The translations under genes and the position numbers were made by a program. Shown piece after piece: positions 1-12,091 of a DNA stretch of 64,000 bases; within the stretch, counting starts at the first letter, position 1; every line of letters starts with the position of its first letter. Origin of the DNA: Eledone cirrhosa (Eukaryota). The stretch spans positions 53,320,001-53,384,000 of the forward strand of contig OZ024749.1 of assembly GCA_964016885.1 (NCBI GenBank). Direction: 5' to 3'. The notes under the pieces were generated by a model. It searched no databases, was not told the DNA's origin, and saw only the letters and a list, made by a program, of their open reading frames with translations.

Positions 1-164
1 AGGAGAGAGAAATAGGAGAGAAATAGGGGGAAAGAGAGGGATAGAGAATTGTTAGTTAAATATATATTTACTGTCAACAAACAAAACGATAGAAACCCCA
101 CATCCCACCCAAACACACAGACATCTATAAGTACACACACATATACACACACATACACACGCAT

Positions 165-215
<51 letters not shown>

Positions 216-633
216 TCAGTGTCCAAGTCTCAGACCCGTACAGCAGCACAGATTCCACTACAGCAACGAAGAGGCAGATCATCAAGTCTTTACGAAGGTC
301 CGACTTGCACACCGATCTCAAGCTGTGGCACGCCGCCCAGGCTTTGCTCTTCCACATCATCTTCCGGACTGTACGGGAACCTCTCGAAAGTGACACAGAG
401 GAGACTGAGGTTAGCTGGACATGCTCACCGACATTCAAAGTTGACATTGCACTCAGTGCTCCTGTGGGAGCCCCTCCATGGACACACTGGAAGAGGAAGG
501 CCGAGGTTAACGTATGTTGATGCCCCAAGGACAGACACTGGTCTGTTGGAGACGCAGGACATGGCAGCGATAATGAGGGACAGAGACCGCTGGAGAGAAC
601 TCGTCCATGGATCTCGGGAATTTTACCCGCCCT
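216..633 (+). mobile_element. RTE-clade LINE 3' end with inverted 5' segment
   Basis: 369-633 (+) encodes LYGNL..RRLRLAGHAHRH..LLWEPLHG..GRGRPRLTYVD..DRDRWRELV, a typical RTE C-terminus. 216-368 on the minus strand encodes the upstream motif KAWAACH..VESVLLYGSETWTL. Flanked by (TA)n/(GA)n. Confidence 0.85.
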
Positions 634-658
634 ATATATATATATATATATATATATA

Positions 659-896
659 GTAATAATAATAAATTTGAAGACTAAAATCCAAAGAGAGCTC
701 GATAAGGATAAATATATATCAAATATATGAGAACCGTAGAGCAAATATTTATTAAAATAACAGATTAAAGTTTAAGCAAAGAATCGCTGCTTTCACCCTT
801 AACGGGATCTTCTGAAAGTTTCAGAAAGTTTCAGAAGATCCCGTTAAGGGTGAAAGCAGCGATTCTTTGCTTAAACTGTAATCTGTTATTTTAATA
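659..896 (-). mobile_element. Penelope-like terminal fragment, family A, foldback copy 1
   Basis: Near-identical to 4805-5009. 68-bp inverted arms at 750-817 and 829-896 (1 mismatch), with (TA)n on both sides. The PLE assignment is inferred. Confidence 0.6.
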
Positions 897-1029
897 TATA
901 TATATATATATATATATAGATATATAGATTTCTATAGATAGATAGATATAAATTTCTATAGATAGATAGATATAGATTTCTATAGATAGATAGATATATA
1001 GATATAGATATATATATATATATATATAT

Positions 1030-1097
<68 letters not shown>

Positions 1098-1559
1098 ATA
1101 TGTAGATATTTACACATACACATTTTTTATATACACACGATTAAGCACGTATACACGCACACATATATAACAGTCAAAAGTAAACACAGTCGATTAGACT
1201 TCTATGTCTAGTTCAATCGCGTATATAACTGGTATTAAGTTCATTGACCGGAAAATATGAGAACCGGTTGAACAACGGGTGCTGCATCTTCCTCACCCCA
1301 CATACTCTTCTCCTTACCTATCTACCTTCTTTCATCTCATTTGTTTTCTCCTTTTTCTTCCACATAAACAAACCAGCGTGTACGCATGCGTAGACAGCAA
1401 CTCGTTGATTAAAGTAGTTTGATTGAAAAAAGAAAGAGATATATTGGCAATACATCGATGATTGATCAGCCGAGCAAGTTTAATCGTGTTACGAGATCAT
1501 TCACACTTCAAACATACATGTCTTTATAGGTGTATGTATGTGTACTCACACACACACAC

Positions 1560-1562
1560 ACG

Positions 1563-1634
<72 letters not shown>

Positions 1635-2407
1635 GGTATATATGTATATATATAAATGTGTATATATATATATATACGTGTATATATATATATACGTATA
1701 TATATATATATATATATATATATACGTGTATATGTATATATATACGTGTATATATATATTATATATATATATTATATATATATATTATATATATATATTA
1801 TATATATATATTATATATATATATTATATATATATATTATATATATATATTATATATATATATATTATATATATATATATTATATATATATATTATATAT
1901 TTATATATTATATATATATATATTATATATATATTTATATATATATATTTATATATATATATTATATATTATATATTATATATTATATATATATATATTA
2001 TATATATATTTATATATATTATATATATATTTATATATATATATTATATATATATATTATATATTATATATTATATATATATATATTATATATATATTTA
2101 TATATATATATTATATATATTATATATTATATATATTATATATATATTTATATATATATATTATATATATTATATATTATATATATTATATATATATTTA
2201 TATATATATATTATATATATTATATATTATATATATTATATATATATTTATATATATATATTATATATATTATATATTATATATATTATATATATATTTA
2301 TATATATATATTATATATATTATATATTATATATATTATATATATATTTATATATATTATATATTATATATATTATATATATATTTATATATATTATATA
2401 TTATATA

Positions 2408-2440
<33 letters not shown>
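1560..2440. repeat. degenerate (TA)n/(TTA) microsatellite array
   Basis: Direct inspection; it explains the YI-repeat ORFs. Confidence 0.95.
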
Positions 2441-2444
<4 letters not shown>

Positions 2445-2548
2445 CTCTCCCGACTGAATAGACAAGTAATTTTTCTAAAAAAAAAAAAGTTTCTTTCTTC
2501 CCACTCTTTATTTTTCTAGTTCATCAGATGATAGAATGAGAAATAAAA

Positions 2549-2655
2549 GATGAAGGATTAGTGTCAGAAACGTAAAGACTACTTTCCTATTATATCAAGC
2601 GTTAAACTAATATATTTCTTCATTGTACTGTGTGCTTTGCCTTGTTTCTGTTTAA
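2549..2655 (+). mobile_element. Penelope-like terminus, family E (degenerate hammerhead motif)
   Basis: gatgaaggattagtgtcagaaacgtaaagac..tatatcaagcgttaaactaatatat matches 21191-21300, 17477-17550 and (minus) about 7040-7092. Confidence 0.55.
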
Positions 2656-2980
2656 TTTTTGAATACATTCATACATACATACATACATACATACATACAT
2701 ACATACATACATACATACCTCTATAAATACATACATACATACATTGTGTGTGTGTAATACATTGAAGAATAGTTTGAATGCATACGAAGTTAATCCCTTT
2801 GAAACAGGTAGTGACGTAACCACTACCATGCTAGTCAATATATCGATCTTTCACGATCAATCGATCCTCTGAAACGATCGTAAAACAATGAACTAATTAA
2901 CTATCGATCACTGACTTTTGTTTTAATTGTTCGACACACACACACACACACACACACACATTATATATATATATATATAT

Positions 2981-3144
2981 GTAACGAAAGAAGTGTGGTA
3001 AGGAACCAGGTGGACCATAACGCACCAGAGTACTCAATACTTAGGGTAGAAGAGTGGGTAATAGGAAGAGAGTCAGGACACCGACGGCTGAGCTGTCGAA
3101 ACGGCCGGAGCTCAGCCGTCGGTGTCCTGACTCTCTTCCTATTA
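2981..3144 (-). mobile_element. short (TA)n-associated element, family B, foldback copy
   Basis: Perfect 36-bp inverted arms at 3059-3094 and 3109-3144. The body matches 55235-55332 in reverse and, more distantly, 32730-32855. Confidence 0.7.
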
Positions 3145-3617
3145 TCGTTTGATAACTAGTTATATATCTTCCCCCCATCACCCCCCCCCCCCAATATTGT
3201 TCAATGGCTTCGTTGACACTCTTGTAACCGTGTATTAAATTCATAAGATCGTAGTTGATGCGTTGATTTCCCAATATTCTTAACTCTCTCGCTCACTCGT
3301 TCTCTCTCTACTCTCTCTCTCTCTCTTCTCTCCCCTCTCTCTCTCGTTCTCTCTCCTCTCTCTCTCTCGTTCTCTCACTCGTCCCCCCCCCCCCCTTGTA
3401 CAGTCTTATTTGAAATGATAAATCTATTTGATTCATACAACTTGAATTATTAGATTTTTTTTTCTTTGGTAAATTTAATATCTAGTTTTGCTAGACGTCT
3501 AGCATCAATAAATATTAAACTGTCAATAGTTGTGGCCATCGACCTCTAGTCTTTGTACTCTCTAGGGGATCGTAGAAAATGCTAGAAATAGCAGCGAAAA
3601 ATGTCTCCTTCATATTA

Positions 3618-3755
3618 CATCATCATCCGGCAGACTCAACAATTGATCTTCACGTGGGTCTGGCGTTCCTTGCTGTTGCCAACTCCTGGATTTCAATACC
3701 AGAATCTCTGAAGATGACATCGGGATAGGAGAGCTTGCGCCTCCTGTTATTAGTG
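3618..3755 (-). mobile_element. decayed RTE LINE 3' end (second family)
   Basis: Minus strand reads RRKLSYPDVIFRDSGIEIQELATA.. followed by a (GAT)n tail. Confidence 0.6.
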
Positions 3756-4401
3756 ACTGCTCGGGGGCTTTTTCAATATATAAATCTCTGACTTTTTCAG
3801 CATGTTAGTATATCGTTTATAGACGTGTTGACTTATGGCACTATATAAATCTAATTCCTTTGTTGTTTGTAGGTGGTTTTCTTAGTTCAAAATCTATTGA
3901 TAGTGTTAGCTAACCTAGAATATTTAATATAATGAACCAAAAGAATTCTTAATCAATTGAAATTAACTCGTAATCAAAAGAATCAACAACAACTCTGGCG
4001 TTAGCGACAATTCTTGCCAATATAAAGGCAACAAATAGGAAATCTGAATTGATTAAAAATTAAATAGTAGTGGTGATGAGGTGAGGAGTAGGTTGATATT
4101 TGGTAAATACAGTGATAACTTGGAACATGTTTGGTCGTGTTAGACAATCTGAGAGAAGTCTTGCCTTACACAATTATCAAACTTTCGACTGACTGAGAGG
4201 ATAATGGTTCTATGAGTGAAACTTGGTATTTGATGTTCAAGTTTCTGATTCGCATCTAAGAAATTTCTAATTTTCCTTTATCTTATTATTCAGTTGACTG
4301 CAAGAAACAAATTTAATTATCTTAACTTGTGCGGTCATTCAAGAATTCTTTAAAAAAAAACAGAACTCATTTTTACTCTATATTTTCTACGACCCAATAA
4401 T

Positions 4402-4617
4402 TATTTCTACTATAGGCACGATGCCAGTAATTTAGGGGAGGGAAAAGTCGATTAAATCGACCCCAGTACGTTACTGGTACTATATTTTGTCAACCCCAGT
4501 AAGGATGAAAGGCAAAGTTAACCTCGGCGGGATTTGAACTCAGACCGTAAAGGGTCGTAACTCTATGCTGCAAAGCATGGTGTCCGACGCTCTACTGATA
4601 CTGCCAATCCACCACAC
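4402..4617 (-). mobile_element. full-length tRNA-derived SINE (dominant family) with 19-bp target-site duplication
   Basis: A-box-like tggcagtatcagtagagcg, B-box gagttcaaatccc and central gcctttcatccttac..gggttgac. TSD ttttctacgacccaataat at 4383-4401 and 4618-4636. Confidence 0.92.
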
Positions 4618-4670
4618 TTTTCTACGACCCAATAATACAAATAGTACAGACTTTATCTTTCAAAATGTGA

Positions 4671-4740
4671 AGGTGCGTGGTTCAACAGTTTGGGTGTTCG
4701 GCTCACGATTTTAATGCTGTGGGTTCGTTTTCTGGGACTA
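4671..4740 (+). mobile_element. tRNA-like head of a second SINE family (fragment)
   Basis: ggtgcgtggttcaacagtttgggtgttcggctcacgat..gggttcg resembles the minus-strand head at 41331-41400. Confidence 0.5.
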
Positions 4741-4804
4741 TATCTCCCTAACATGTCACTGCTGTCCAAGCGTCTCTCTCTCTCTCTCTCTCTCTGTATA
4801 TATA

Positions 4805-5009
4805 TTATAATAATAAATGCGAAGACTAAATTTCAAAGAGAGCTCGATAAGGATAAATATATCCTAGAGCAAATATTTATTAAAATAACAGATTAAAGTT
4901 TAAGCAAAGAATCGCTGCTTTCACCCTTAACGGAATCTACTGAAGATCCCGTTAAGGGTGAAAGCAGCGATTCTTTGCTTAAACTTTAATCTGTTATTTT
5001 AATAAATAT
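4805..5009 (-). mobile_element. Penelope-like terminal fragment, family A, foldback copy 2
   Basis: 66-bp inverted arms at 4873-4938 and 4944-5009. Junction lies at CTGAAGA-tcccgttaagggt-GAAA (4940-4963). TA-rich flanks. Confidence 0.6.
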
Positions 5010-6280
5010 ATACATACATAGGGGATGTTGCCACATCCATACATCCACACGCAATCATACACACATCTACACACACACATCCACACACACACATCCCCCC
5101 ACACACAGATCCACACACACACACACTCACACATCCACACACACACACACATCCACACACTCACACATCCACACACACACATCCCCCCAACACACACATC
5201 GACACACACTCATTGCGTCTTCGTACGGCGAGTTTCCGTGAATTAAAAACAAAAAAAAATACAAAAAACAAAACAAGAAATTAAAACCGACATTTCTATT
5301 GAAAGTTCTCTAAGATTTCTCTAAGATTAATCAACGTTTTATTCCAGTGCAGACGACAGCCTCGTTCTGATCACAATTTGTTTGTTTTTCTCCCTTCCTT
5401 CTCATTTTCTAGATTATCAAAATGTGATATCAGAAGCAAATTTTCGTTTTTCTTTTCCTCTTTTCATGCTCCCCGCTTGGCGAGCGGATATACGTAATTG
5501 ATATAAATTTATGAAGAGTTTTAACTACTGTTAATAAGATTAAATGTACAAGAAGAAGCTATACAATACAGTTTTCACAATTTATCTCGCTCATCTTTCT
5601 TAATAAATTATTATATAGATTAACGCTGATGTTTCGGCTTCAAATGTCATATTCATAGCTTGAATACGGCCTCGGAGCTATATTTTTTCTTTTGTTGTTA
5701 ATGTTTTTTGAATCTTTGAATTGGGAATTTAATACCGAAATATCTGCTTAAAGCTATGTAGTAATATATTGAAGAAGATAGGTGAGATAAATTGTGGAAA
5801 AACTGCACTTTGTGGCTTCTTTTTTCATTTAATAGTATTAATAATATTTATAATGCTCTATAAATTAATTTCAATCATAAATCTTGCTCGTCAGACGGTG
5901 AGTCTGAAAGAGAAGCAGAAAGCAAATAGAATCCATTGCTTCCACATCATGGTTTCTTGGGTAAGAGAGTGAGACAGAAAAAGAGGGGGCGGTGGGTACA
6001 AAGGGGGAAGAAACAACTTGAGATCTCGATGAGATTGTCGTCTGAACCGGAAGAGGATGTCGATTAATACCAATGAAATATTTGAGCAAGAGGTGGTGGT
6101 GGGGTGGGATATGGGGAAACCTTGTACGTGTCGTACGTGGGTAAGTGTATTTCTGTATTTCGTGTAGATACTTAAATATTTATGTGTATATGTGAGTATA
6201 CGTGTGTGTGTGTGTAACTCTATCAACTTCATCTTTCAACAGTTTACCCTAGTTCTGACTACTAAATATATATATATATA

Positions 6281-6420
6281 GCAATAATAATTAAAAAAAC
6301 GATGAAGTGTTAGATCTTCACTGCATTTATTGAGGTGTGACGCGCGTTTCACGATTGATCAACTCAAGGCTCGATCTGGACATCTAATGTAGAGATATAT
6401 CCTGTATGACGTCACAGCCA
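6281..6420 (-). mobile_element. Penelope-like terminus with degenerate hammerhead (GAAACGCGCGTC)
   Basis: Minus strand: ggtgtaaCTGATGt..GAAACGCGCGTC|acacctcAATAAA.., ending in (TA)n at 6266-6280. Confidence 0.5.
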
Positions 6421-6770
6421 TCTCTCACATCAGTTACACCGCCATAGTTCTACCTATTAAACAATAAACAGATGTTGATGTTGTTGTTGTAGATGATGAT
6501 GATGTTGATGCTTTTGATGTTGTTGTTGATACTGTTCTTGTAGACGATGCTGCTGCTTTTGATGTTGTTGTTCTTCTTGTTGTAGATGATGTTGTTGTTG
6601 ATGCTGTTGTTGTTGTTGTTGTTGGCGCAGTAGTTGTTGTTGTTGTTTATAAATGTTGATACTAAATAGATTTCACATGAGATCGATACGAAGAAATATT
6701 TCGAAACGATTGACATTTTCTATCAAACGAACATTGGAATAAATCGAAACGATTATATAAGAAAAAAAAG

Positions 6771-6813
<43 letters not shown>

Positions 6814-6972
6814 TGAAACATAAAAGAAGATTATGCGGCAGCCTGATTGTACATTTGGAATACAGAGAATCGGTTCCTTTTGAAAGAACGAAAAATCCAT
6901 TTTCATAATATTAGAGTAAATATATTTTTAACTACAAAGAGGTTTTAAATGTTATATATCCAACGCATCTAT

Positions 6973-7008
<36 letters not shown>

Positions 7009-7809
7009 AATGTGTGTATATGTGTGTGTAAACTTAATAACAAAACAGACAGCACAGCACAGTACATGGAAGAAATATATTAGTTTAACGCTGTGTGTGT
7101 GTGAGGGATTCTTTTTTTAAATATTTAATTTGCAAGATTTTTTATGGGAATTAGTGTTGAAACAGATATTGCTATAATTTGGGAGGGTCATGCTGCCAAT
7201 AAAACACACGTATCACCTGAGTTTCACACACACGTACACAATGGATTTAACTATTTGACAAAATTTAAATACAATTATATAAATATTTATTCTGTCAGAT
7301 TAAAGAAAAATAATTTTTTTTTTTAGCTAATATATATATATATATCAAAGGTAGAATCGTACAAATAATTCATCTCAAAGGAAAGTAGACATGGCTATAC
7401 GAAATATTTACCAACATTTCGAAGAATGGAATTCATATATCTTTCGAAGCATATGTAAGAGAATAAATATGGTTTTCGGATGAAAGAATTTAATAAGAAT
7501 ATATATGAGTGAGATAGATAGAGATATACATACATATATACACAATTGAAAGGCATGATATATAGTACATGTGAACCATTATTTGGTTCAATGCGTGATA
7601 TGTAAATGATTAGAAGCGTGAACACATCTGAGGAATGCGGATATCTTATCTCCGTTTTAGTTTCGTTCAATACGATCGTTTCAATGCAACACAATTATAT
7701 AACATGCGTATTTGTCTTAACTTACTTTCAGTGGAACAAACGTTTATGAAAGAAGACATAGTTATGTCTAGTTTGCAAAAAATATAAAATAGTATAATAT
7801 ACACTGAGG

Positions 7810-8101
7810 ATGAAGAACTCAGAGCTGTACGGGAGCCTCCCAAAAGTCAGCTCAAAAGTGACAGAGGAGACTGAGGTTAGCTGGACCTGCTCACCGACAG
7901 CCAGAGTTCACACTGCACTCAGTGCTCCTGTGGGAGTCCCTGCATGGACACACTAGAAGAGGAAGACCAAGGTTAACATATGTTGATGCCCTAAGGACAG
8001 ACACTGGTCTGCTGGAGACGCAGGACATGGCAGCGATAATGAGGGACAGAGACCGCTGGAGAGAACTCGTCCATGGATCTCGAGAATTTTACCCGCCCTA
8101 G
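7810..8101 (+). mobile_element. RTE-clade LINE 3' end (same family as 369-633)
   Basis: High nucleotide similarity to 369-633. Reads MKNSELYGSLPKVSSKV..(frameshift)..RDRDRWRELVHGSREFYPP*, then (TA)n. Confidence 0.88.
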
Positions 8102-8389
8102 ATATATATATATATATATAATGAATTGATCAATATCTAACGTGTATAAAATATATATAAAATATAACTGACTTAATGAATGTATGAAATATGTCTAAGA
8201 AATATAATAGAACTTGGCCACGATATACTTACCCAGGCATACACCTCCTACACTACGGTGACCTGACAGATTTCAACGTCAAATTTAACGTGTTTAAATG
8301 ACCAACTTGACAAACTGCACTTGATGACCTTCACTCATATCACATGACTCTCGGTGGTAAAGGAGCGGTAACATAACCAATGGAGAAGG

Positions 8390-8458
8390 ATATATTAATG
8401 GTTCAAAGCGCCTAGTCGGTATCTGGGAGATACAAGGTTCGATTCCTCGTAGCCGCCA
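8390..8458 (+). pseudogene. tRNA-like fragment (SINE head or tRNA pseudogene)
   Basis: Anticodon-like stem cctag/ctggg, T-arm agg-ttcgatt-cct and 3' agccgcca. The 5' acceptor strand is missing. Confidence 0.4.
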
Positions 8459-8560
8459 ATGTAACTTCTTTTCCAGTCTTTAAGGGTATTTACCCTATTT
8501 TATAAACGATTTTATAGTATCTCCGCGCATGAGCACACCACTCTTTATATTATAAGTATA

Positions 8561-8850
8561 TGGCCGAATGGTTAAAGAGATCGCTTCGCAATAATTAGGT
8601 CCCAAGTTCGAACTCGCTCTCCGTCATCTTGGACAAATGACATTTACCACACCCACGAATCAACCCAAGTCTTGTGAGTGAAATTGGGTGGACGGAAACT
8701 GGGTGGAAGCCCGCTAGATGGAATGTGCGTGTAATTGAAATGGCCTGACTAGTCACACAGTGTGTCATCACTGGATCTCCCTGAGAATTACGTTAAGAGT
8801 ACACGTGACTGTGGAATGGAACGCTCATCGTTGAATGCAACAAATTCCTT
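8561..8850 (+). mobile_element. old tRNA-derived SINE pieces (CORE-like plus a second conserved domain)
   Basis: tggccgaatggttaaag..gttcgaa..tcttggacaaatgac (CORE-like)..cttgtgagtgaaatt..gacggaaactg, then ctccctgagaattacgttaagagtacacgtg. Recognised from memory as cephalopod SINE motifs. Confidence 0.55.
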
Positions 8851-8865
8851 CATCTTCTTTCTTTG

Positions 8866-8918
<53 letters not shown>

Positions 8919-9000
8919 GTATGTATGTATGTATGTGTATATATATATATATATATACACACACACGAAATTTCAGCTATGCATGAAGCTAAATCCTAAT

Positions 9001-9067
<67 letters not shown>

Positions 9068-9092
9068 GTTTAAATTCGGTGGTTTAGCACTG

Positions 9093-9133
<41 letters not shown>

Positions 9134-9289
9134 ATGTATAAGCTATCCTATGTTGTCATAATATGGGTTCTATGACTGGAAATATCACCAATGAAGCCTG
9201 CTAGGTTATTTAATGTTGAACATTGTAAAATATGTCCTACCTGTATGAGGACATTCATACCTGGTCCCCCTTTACATTTTACCTGTCAT

Positions 9290-9476
9290 TGGATTGGCAG
9301 TATCGGTAGAGGGTGGGACGCCATCTTTTGACGCATAGAGTTACGGCCCTTGCCATTCTGAGTTCAAATCCCGCCGAGGTTAACTTTACCTTTCATCCTT
9401 ACGGGGGGTCGATAAAATAAAGTACCAGTGATACACTGAGGTAATTGCTGGCCTTGTGCCCAAAGTAGAAACAATT
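9290..9476 (+). mobile_element. dominant SINE, short (internally deleted) variant
   Basis: Same head and central domain; 3' end acactgaggtaattgctggccttgtgcccaaagtagaaacaatt. Confidence 0.88.
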
Positions 9477-9914
9477 CTTACTTCCTCCACTTCCTCGTCA
9501 CACCTTTACTTTCCTTCGCTTCCTCCCTCACACTTCTACTCATCTGCTTCTCTTTCCTTCCACTTCTTCTTCTCCATCCTCTTCTTCATCTTCTTCATCT
9601 TCTTCCTCTTTTTAATCCTCCCCATCGTCCATTCGCATCCTTCTCCTCCTCCTTTTTCCACCTCTTCCACCTCATCACCCCCCTCATCTTCCTCTACCAC
9701 TCCCACATCCTTTTTTTATTCCTCCTCCTTCTCCTTTTCTTCTTCCTCCTCATCCTTCTCCTTTTCTTCTTCCTCCTCCTCCTCCTCCTTTTCTTCTTCC
9801 TCCTCCCTTTCTTCTTCTTCCTCCTCCTTCTCATCATCATCATCATAGTCATCGTTATTCTTCTTCTACTCCTTCTCTCCGTCTTCATCCCCCCTTCCTC
9901 CTCCTTCACCACAA

Positions 9915-10450
9915 CATCTCCCCCACCGTCACCCCCTCCACCACCATATCTCCGCCACCGTCACACCCCTCCCATCACACCCCTCCACCACCATATCTTC
10001 CCCCTCCCCCCTAACCTCCCTCCACCACCATATCTCCTCCCTCCCCTCCCCTAACCTCCCTCCACCACCATACCACCCTCCATCACCCCCCTCCACCACC
10101 ATACCCCCGTCACACACACACACACCCATCACCCCCCTCCACCACCATATCTCCCCCACCGTCACCCCCCTCCAATCACCCCCCTCCACCACCATATCTA
10201 CAGCCGTCACACCCCTCCCATCACACCCCATCCACCACCATATCTCCCCCACCGTCACCCCCCTCCAATCACCCCCCTCCACCACCATATCTACAGCCGT
10301 CACACCCCTCCCATCACACCCCCTCCACCACCATATCTCCCCACCGTCACACCCCTCCCATCACACCCCATCCACCACCATATCTCCCCCACCGTCACCC
10401 CCCCCTCCCATCACCCCCCTCCACCACCATATCTCCCCCACCGTCATCTC
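9915..10450. repeat. C-rich minisatellite (about 47-bp unit ccaccaccatatctcccccaccgtcacacccctcccatcacaccc)
   Basis: About 10 diverged tandem units; the minus strand is G-rich. Confidence 0.85.
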
Positions 10451-11607
10451 CATCTTACTATTCCAGATCTGAAAATGGTGGGCGAATTTATTGAATCACT
10501 CTGTTTCTCCTTCCTTTTCTACATCACTTTCGTGTCGTCGTTATTTCTCCAAATTATATATATGGTGGTGTTGGTGTAGTGTAGTGTAGTGCGGTGCGGC
10601 GTGGTGTGTGTGGTTGTGTGCGGCGTGGTGTGTTTGTGTGGTGTGGTGTGTGTGGTGTGGTGTGGTGTGTGTGGTGTGTGTGATTGTGTGCGGCGTGGTG
10701 TGTTGGTGTGGTGTGGTGTGGTGTGTGTGGTTGTGGTGTGGTGTGTGTGGTTGTGTGCGGCGTGGTGTGTTTGTGTGGTGTGGTGTGTGTGGTTGTGGTG
10801 TGGTGTGTGTGGTTGTGTGCGGTGTGTGTTTGTGTGTGAGTCTGTGTGTATTTGTGTGTCCCTGTCTCTCTCTGTCGTGAACTCTCTCTTCCTCTGTCTT
10901 TCTCTCTCTCTTTCTATCTCACTCTTTCGCTATCTCGCTCTCTCTGTCTTTATCTCTCTCTGCCTCTGTCTCTCTCTCCTCTCTCTCTCTCTCTGCCTCT
11001 GTCTCTCTCTCCTCTCTCTCTGACTGTCTTTCTCTCTCTCTCGCTCTGCCTCTCTTTGCCGCTATCTCTTTCTCTCTCCCCCCTCTCTCTCTCCCCCTTC
11101 TCTCTCTCTATATACATGTCTACGTACATGTACCTCTACATGTACGTGAGTTCGCGAATTTGAGTTTGTATTAATATGTATTAGTGTGTATGTGAGCGCG
11201 TGAATGTATGTGCGTGTGTATGAATGTGTATGACAGTGCGTGTGTGTCGCAGCTGTATGACTGTGTATGTGTGTGTGTGTTTCTCATTTCACCATTCTCT
11301 CCCCTGCTGCCGATAGGAAGCTGGGGCCTACAATATAGAATATATCCAATATTTATCTTTTACACATACCTCCGCACACACAATGGAACGGAAATTATGC
11401 ATACATTCATACATATATATGTACACATATATAGATACATACATACATACATATGTACATATGTATGTACACACATATAGATACATACATATGTACATAC
11501 ATATATAAATACATATGTACATATAGATACATACATATATATGCATATGTATGTATGTATGTATATATACACACACATATATACATACATATAAAGTATA
11601 TTAATAT

Positions 11608-11651
<44 letters not shown>

Positions 11652-12091
11652 GCGTGTGCGAATATATATAAATATATGTACATATATATATTTTTACATA
11701 CACATGTGTATATGTGTGGGTTTGTCTTGTACATGTGTATGTCTATATGTATACATGTGTGTGTCTATATGTATACATGTGTGTCTCAATGTATATGTGT
11801 GTCTCTATGAATGTGTGTGTCTGTATGTATGAGTGTGTGTGATGAGAGTATATTTATAATTCATAGGCGTCATATAATATATATTGAAATATATATAAAA
11901 GTCCATAGTTTTGTATCTGTTTAACAATGGCCGACAGAGGAAATGACTGATACACAATGAGCGGACGTCATAGCTATTTCATACTGTCGTATTATCATTA
12001 GAGAACATTAAGTTTATATATTTTTACAATGTTGTAAGACTTACATTTATCTGCATCTGCAGGTTAGCATTAATTACCAAGAGAAAGGATG

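Noticed and set aside
8390-8458. functional tRNA gene
   Set aside because: No 5' acceptor strand, C instead of U at position 33 and a mismatched T-stem.
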